A DNA stretch of 48,939 nt from Escherichia phage vB_EcoS_PHB17, in sequence record NC_054892.1. One strand, written 5' to 3'. The position numbers and the translations under genes are program-made. Under the pieces are notes generated by a model. The model saw nothing but the letters and a program-made list of their open reading frames with translations, did no database searches and was not told where the DNA came from. This document shows, piece after piece, positions 45,653 to 48,939 of this stretch. Numbering within the stretch: position 1 is the first letter of the stretch; each line of letters opens with the position of its first letter.

Positions 45653-46011
45653 GAATATTTCGCCTCAAACAGATAGACACCAGCGGCAGAAAATCCGACT
45701 TCCTCGCGGTAAAGCGTCCAGCGGTCGCCGTCCTCATCGAACACGTAACCAGCCACGCCGCCAAGCACGCGCCCTTGTTCGATCTGGTAGCGCTTTCCGG
45801 CCTTGAAAGTTTTCTTAACAGGGTTGCTATGGTCTACCCACTTGCAAAGAATGGTTTTGGTTTTGATTTCGCGGTAATCGCGAATGTCTGCATTTTTCCA
45901 CCTTGAGCCTTTCGCCATTTCGCGAACCTGGAATTGCGACTCAAAAGAAAGATCAGTAACGTGACGGGAGTGCATGAGTTTGTTGTCAGAGTTACGAATT
46001 ACTTTAGCCAT
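45649..46011 (-). CDS. hypothetical protein (120 aa)
   Basis: ORF with AAGGAG RBS. Confidence 0.5.
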   Translation of the reverse strand: MAKVIRNSDNKLMHSRHVTDLSFESQFQVREMAKGSRWKNADIRDYREIKTKTILCKWVDHSNPVKKTFKAGKRYQIEQGRVLGGVAGYVFDEDGDRWTLYREEVGFSAAGVYLFEAKYS

Positions 46012-46115
46012 TTGCTTTGCTCCTTTCGTTTAAAGTTTGGTGACGGTGCGATCTTCGTCGGTGGCCTTAACATATTGCATGATTACGCGTTCTCTCTTTC
46101 GAGTAGTGGATCATG

Positions 46116-46874
46116 TTACGTATCACGGTTAGGAATCCTGACACTTCGATCAAGCCCCAGCGTTGCCCCTCTCCAGATGCAATCCTTGCCGCTCCCGTCT
46201 ATGTTTGTATTATGCCCGCGCGGAGTCAGTGATCGCAATTGCTTTGTCCTGGCAGACTTGCCGCCGAGGTATTTCCACGCCCAAAAGAAACCGATATTGA
46301 TCGGGCCTGGTACTTTTTCCGGCATGACAAAACCGTTGCCACACCATATGCAAGTTTTCTTTGTGTACCCGTCGAAAGCTGGCATTTTCGGATGGTACGG
46401 CGTTTCATCTTCTCGCATGTATCCGCCATACTCAAACGGGTTGAAATAATGGTTCGGCTTTCTCCATTTGGTTGACAACAGCCCTACAGGGTTTTCGACC
46501 ATCCAGGGGCAACCATAGCGATTGCCTAACGCCTCCACCAGCTTTGCATTGTTCACGGCTAAATCAACGGCGTCCTCGTTGCGATCATGCTTGCGCCCGC
46601 TGTGAGCAAGTTCGGTGCATGACGGGAAAGCGAAAATAATATCAGGCTTTCCGATAATGAGTTGCTGATTCCCTGATAGGTAAGCAACAGCACCAGCAGG
46701 ATCAAACGAATCATCAATCCAGGCGTTTACATAGTGCAGGTTTTCATGTTGCATCTTGATTTCATATTCGCCGTGGTCGGCTGAATCAGCGTTGAAACAG
46801 AAAACAGTGTGACCAGCTTTAGCCCAATCCAAGCCCATAATGCCGGAGCCGTCAAACAGTGACCAGATAACCAT
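46116..46874 (-). CDS. DNA cytosine-C5 methyltransferase-like protein (252 aa)
   Basis: Motif I-like SLFDGSGIMGLDWAKAG, motif VI-like ENPVGL, but FPSC in place of canonical PCQ. Confidence 0.5.
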   Translation of the reverse strand: MVIWSLFDGSGIMGLDWAKAGHTVFCFNADSADHGEYEIKMQHENLHYVNAWIDDSFDPAGAVAYLSGNQQLIIGKPDIIFAFPSCTELAHSGRKHDRNEDAVDLAVNNAKLVEALGNRYGCPWMVENPVGLLSTKWRKPNHYFNPFEYGGYMREDETPYHPKMPAFDGYTKKTCIWCGNGFVMPEKVPGPINIGFFWAWKYLGGKSARTKQLRSLTPRGHNTNIDGSGKDCIWRGATLGLDRSVRIPNRDT

Positions 46875-46883
46875 AATTACCCC

Positions 46884-47108
46884 TTAAAATGGAAAGCAAC
46901 GCTTGCATGATGGATCGAAATTGCAACCGCAATCGTTGATGATTGTTGTCGGATCAGCAAAAATAGCGCCGGATTCTTGATCCATATCCATCGCACCTAA
47001 CGCATCCTCAAGGCTGATTAATTTATACGCAACCTCTAACGCGGCCTCTTTGTTCAATCCAGCCGATTCCGCCTCATGCAGACGCGCAAAAAATTCATCT
47101 TGAACCAT
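46884..47108 (-). CDS. hypothetical protein (74 aa)
   Basis: Start MVQDEFF with GAGGA RBS. Confidence 0.4.
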   Translation of the reverse strand: MVQDEFFARLHEAESAGLNKEAALEVAYKLISLEDALGAMDMDQESGAIFADPTTIINDCGCNFDPSCKRCFPF

Positions 47109-47120
47109 TCTTAAATCCTC

Positions 47121-47150
47121 AAAAAGTGGGCGGCGCAAAATCCGCCCTTA
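47121..47150 (-). terminator. rho-independent terminator (minus strand)
   Basis: GGGCGG..CCGCCC stem with T5 on minus strand after 47165-47386. Confidence 0.65.
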
Positions 47151-47164
47151 AACCGTTCAGACCA

Positions 47165-47386
47165 TCAAGCCCATTTCAAAATCAGGAAAGCCAGATCATC
47201 AACCATCGCGTAAACGTCGCTTTCGGTAAACAGGCGAATACGACCGCCAGGATGCTCGCCAACCGCATAACCAGATTTTACCTTGCTGATTGTCAGTTGG
47301 TGGAAGCCGGAAGCGCGATCCATTTTCAGAACTACTTTCCCGTTGCTCTTGACGATGTTCATGATGGATTCGGTTTTCAGTTTCAT
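47165..47386 (-). CDS. hypothetical protein (73 aa)
   Basis: ORF downstream of motif, hairpin and extended -10. Confidence 0.45.
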   Translation of the reverse strand: MKLKTESIMNIVKSNGKVVLKMDRASGFHQLTISKVKSGYAVGEHPGGRIRLFTESDVYAMVDDLAFLILKWA

Positions 47387-47442
47387 TGCTTTGTTCCTTC
47401 GTTAGTTGGTATGCGCCCATTATACAAGGAGCGAAAAACTTG

Positions 47443-47461
47443 TTTTAGCAAAAAGTGCTAT
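47443..47461 (-). promoter_or_regulatory. conserved motif copy, minus strand
   Basis: Followed on minus strand by TGTATAATG about 22 nt after TTGCTA, then RBS and ATG 47386. Confidence 0.55.
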
Positions 47462-47559
47462 TTAATTGAAATATGAATGACGATTTGCGCGTTTGCCGTC
47501 ACCGCCGTAATGATCATTTGAAACGGCAATCATCCAGGCGTTAGAAAAAATAATCAGTC

Positions 47560-47715
47560 TCATAATTTTACCCCGATAAACGTATAGTGAATAAGATCGC
47601 ACGCTCTAATCTTTGTTGACTTGCGCCATGTTGCTTTATCATTGAACCAGCGCAAAGCGTTTAAGCCTTGGGCGCGGTAAATTGCGACCGTTTCAACATT
47701 GATGTAGTGAATCAT
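47560..47715 (-). CDS. small hypothetical protein (51 aa)
   Basis: ATGA overlap with stop of upstream gene; weak RBS. Confidence 0.25.
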   Translation of the reverse strand: MIHYINVETVAIYRAQGLNALRWFNDKATWRKSTKIRACDLIHYTFIGVKL

Positions 47716-47948
47716 TTCGGTAACTTGATTTCGTTGTACTCGAAAAACTCGATCACATAGGGGCATTCTTTCGGCGCTTCCTGGCCTAACATCACCTCGC
47801 AACGCCCGTTGAACAGGTTGCAGGTTGAGCACAACCAGCCTCCGCATTGCTCCGCTACAATGTGATATCCGTTACACTTGCCGCCGCCGAACCGATGAGG
47901 GAAATCATAGGACGGACAAGTGCAAGTGACCTGAAAGCGCCGCGCCAT
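47712..47948 (-). CDS. Cys-rich small protein, possible zinc binding (78 aa)
   Basis: CTC ... CNGYH ... C ... C pattern; GGAGG RBS. Confidence 0.45.
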   Translation of the reverse strand: MARRFQVTCTCPSYDFPHRFGGGKCNGYHIVAEQCGGWLCSTCNLFNGRCEVMLGQEAPKECPYVIEFFEYNEIKLPK

Positions 47949-48161
47949 TTAATCAACCTCCTTAAAATGGAATTCATCAATGCCAGCGCCACGAATAACG
48001 CCAGGATACCGGAACAGCCAAAGCGATTGCCCGTTATCATCAAACACATGCGGATCGTTAGACCAGCGACCATGCAGTTTATATTCCTTCCCTTCCGTAA
48101 AGTTCCAGACGTTTACAAAAGAGCTTACCGCTTTAGTGCAAACCAGTTTTTGAGCTTTCAT
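47949..48161 (-). CDS. hypothetical protein (70 aa)
   Basis: ORF with GGAGA RBS. Confidence 0.45.
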   Translation of the reverse strand: MKAQKLVCTKAVSSFVNVWNFTEGKEYKLHGRWSNDPHVFDDNGQSLWLFRYPGVIRGAGIDEFHFKEVD

Positions 48162-48370
48162 TAGATGATCTCCATTACAGTTTTTGAGTCACCAGCCAGG
48201 CAGAAGTAAAACTCATTGACGCGTGCAACGTTCCAGGTAAGGCCGGAGTGATAGCAAACCATATCCTCAAGGTCGATTGTGATTTCAGTACCTTTCTTGA
48301 AAATACCTTTCGTGAGTTCGCTGTTACGGCTGATAACTTTAACGTCGATTTGAGTTTCCATTTGCTTCAT
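48161..48370 (-). CDS. hypothetical protein (69 aa)
   Basis: Start MKQMETQ downstream of motif and hairpin. Confidence 0.4.
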   Translation of the reverse strand: MKQMETQIDVKVISRNSELTKGIFKKGTEITIDLEDMVCYHSGLTWNVARVNEFYFCLAGDSKTVMEII

Positions 48371-48420
48371 CTCTCTGATTGGTTTCGATGGGGTTATTAT
48401 GCCAACTAACCCCGATCCTG

Positions 48421-48439
48421 TTTTAACAAAAAGTGCTGT
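48421..48439 (-). promoter_or_regulatory. conserved motif variant (ACAGCAC), minus strand
   Basis: Directly after TAA stop of 48441-48716; hairpin GGGGTTAG..AACCCC with CATAAT. Confidence 0.5.
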
Positions 48440-48440
48440 T

Positions 48441-48716
48441 TTACTTTTTAATTTCGCTGGCGATGAATGCAATCACTTCGCGTAAGTGTTTCTCATCCTT
48501 GATTGTCGCTGGCAACTCCTCTTTGATTTCGTCTGCCAGGTAGATATTGCCGTGCCAGGTGAAAAAGCCGTCATTGTTGATCAGGTATGAGCACATCCAT
48601 TCGCAATCATTATCCGCTTCCCAAATGCAAAGCTGATCACCGTTACCGAAATCATCAACGCTTAACTCAATTCCACGTTTGCCAGCAAAATTAGTTGTCG
48701 TCTTAGATACCATCAT
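48441..48716 (-). CDS. hypothetical protein (91 aa)
   Basis: Start MMVSK with GAGGAAAA RBS; first gene of the minus-strand early operon. Confidence 0.45.
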   Translation of the reverse strand: MMVSKTTTNFAGKRGIELSVDDFGNGDQLCIWEADNDCEWMCSYLINNDGFFTWHGNIYLADEIKEELPATIKDEKHLREVIAFIASEIKK

Positions 48717-48773
48717 TTCCGTTTTCCTCAATTCTTTTCGATGAAGTAACTATACCAAATCCGATCCGATCCG

Positions 48774-48792
48774 TTTTAGCAAAAAGTGCTAT
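48774..48792 (-). promoter_or_regulatory. conserved motif copy, minus strand
   Basis: Upstream of first gene of minus early operon (ATG 48716). Confidence 0.5.
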
Positions 48793-48827
48793 TGATGGAT
48801 TGAGTGCGTTTTAACCACTTTCCAGCA

Positions 48828-48892
48828 CTGTTGCAGAATCTGAAATGATAGCCGCTTATTGTTGCACATCATGCAAGATAGTGATTGTTGCA
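48828..48892. repeat. three spaced copies of (A/C)TGTTGCA
   Basis: Copies at 48828-48835, 48858-48866, 48884-48892, spaced 26-30 bp; a TGTTGCG at 262-268 lies across the window junction. Confidence 0.55.
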
Positions 48893-48939
48893 GTTAGTGA
48901 AACAATCCTAGGTGATTATTACTGATTGTGAGGGGAATC

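Noticed and set aside
45934-46449. 171-aa plus-strand ORF
   Set aside because: Overlaps two well-supported minus-strand genes; no RBS.
1526-48792. Possibility that the repeated 20-bp motif is a CRISPR array
   Set aside because: Copies are separated by whole genes at irregular distances of hundreds to thousands of bp and occur on both strands; this is not a repeat-spacer array.
1-48939. tRNA genes, integrase, repressor
   Set aside because: No cloverleaf-like candidates with a conserved T-arm were seen, and no ORF shows integrase or CI-type features; the phage is most likely virulent, but absence is by inspection only.

Overview
The window reads as a near-complete, circularly permuted genome (about 49 kb) of a virulent T1-like siphovirus of enterobacteria (Drexlerviridae-type); this is from reading the six-frame translations and the DNA only, with no database search. 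Both ends of the window lie in the same large noncoding hub (about 1-490 and 48793-48939). Layout: (1) 491-8900, a plus-strand early block of about 25 small genes including a lipoprotein, a HAD phosphatase and a P-loop nucleotide kinase; (2) 8966-28615, the plus-strand packaging, head and tail module, with a -1 frameshifted tail chaperone and a lambda-like M/L/K/I/J tail tip set; (3) 28647-29955, three minus-strand genes convergent with the J-like gene, then an AT-rich island; (4) 30459-32705, an exonuclease/Erf/SSB recombination operon; (5) 32746-36450, minus-strand tail fiber, primase-like and HTH genes; (6) 36540-43224, plus-strand helicase, VRR-NUC, Dam methyltransferase, HTH-metallophosphoesterase and a lysis cassette (holin, SAR endolysin, unimolecular spanin); (7) 43236-48716, a minus-strand block with a P-loop NTPase and a C5-methyltransferase-like gene. 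No tRNA, CRISPR array, integrase or repressor was recognised. The most unusual signals are at DNA level: a roughly 20-bp motif (ATAGCAC-N5-TTGCTAAAAC) present in at least 21 copies, usually starting on the stop codon of the upstream gene and followed by a hairpin carrying a TATAAT-like hexamer; and four late-region terminators that embed a -35/-10 pair.
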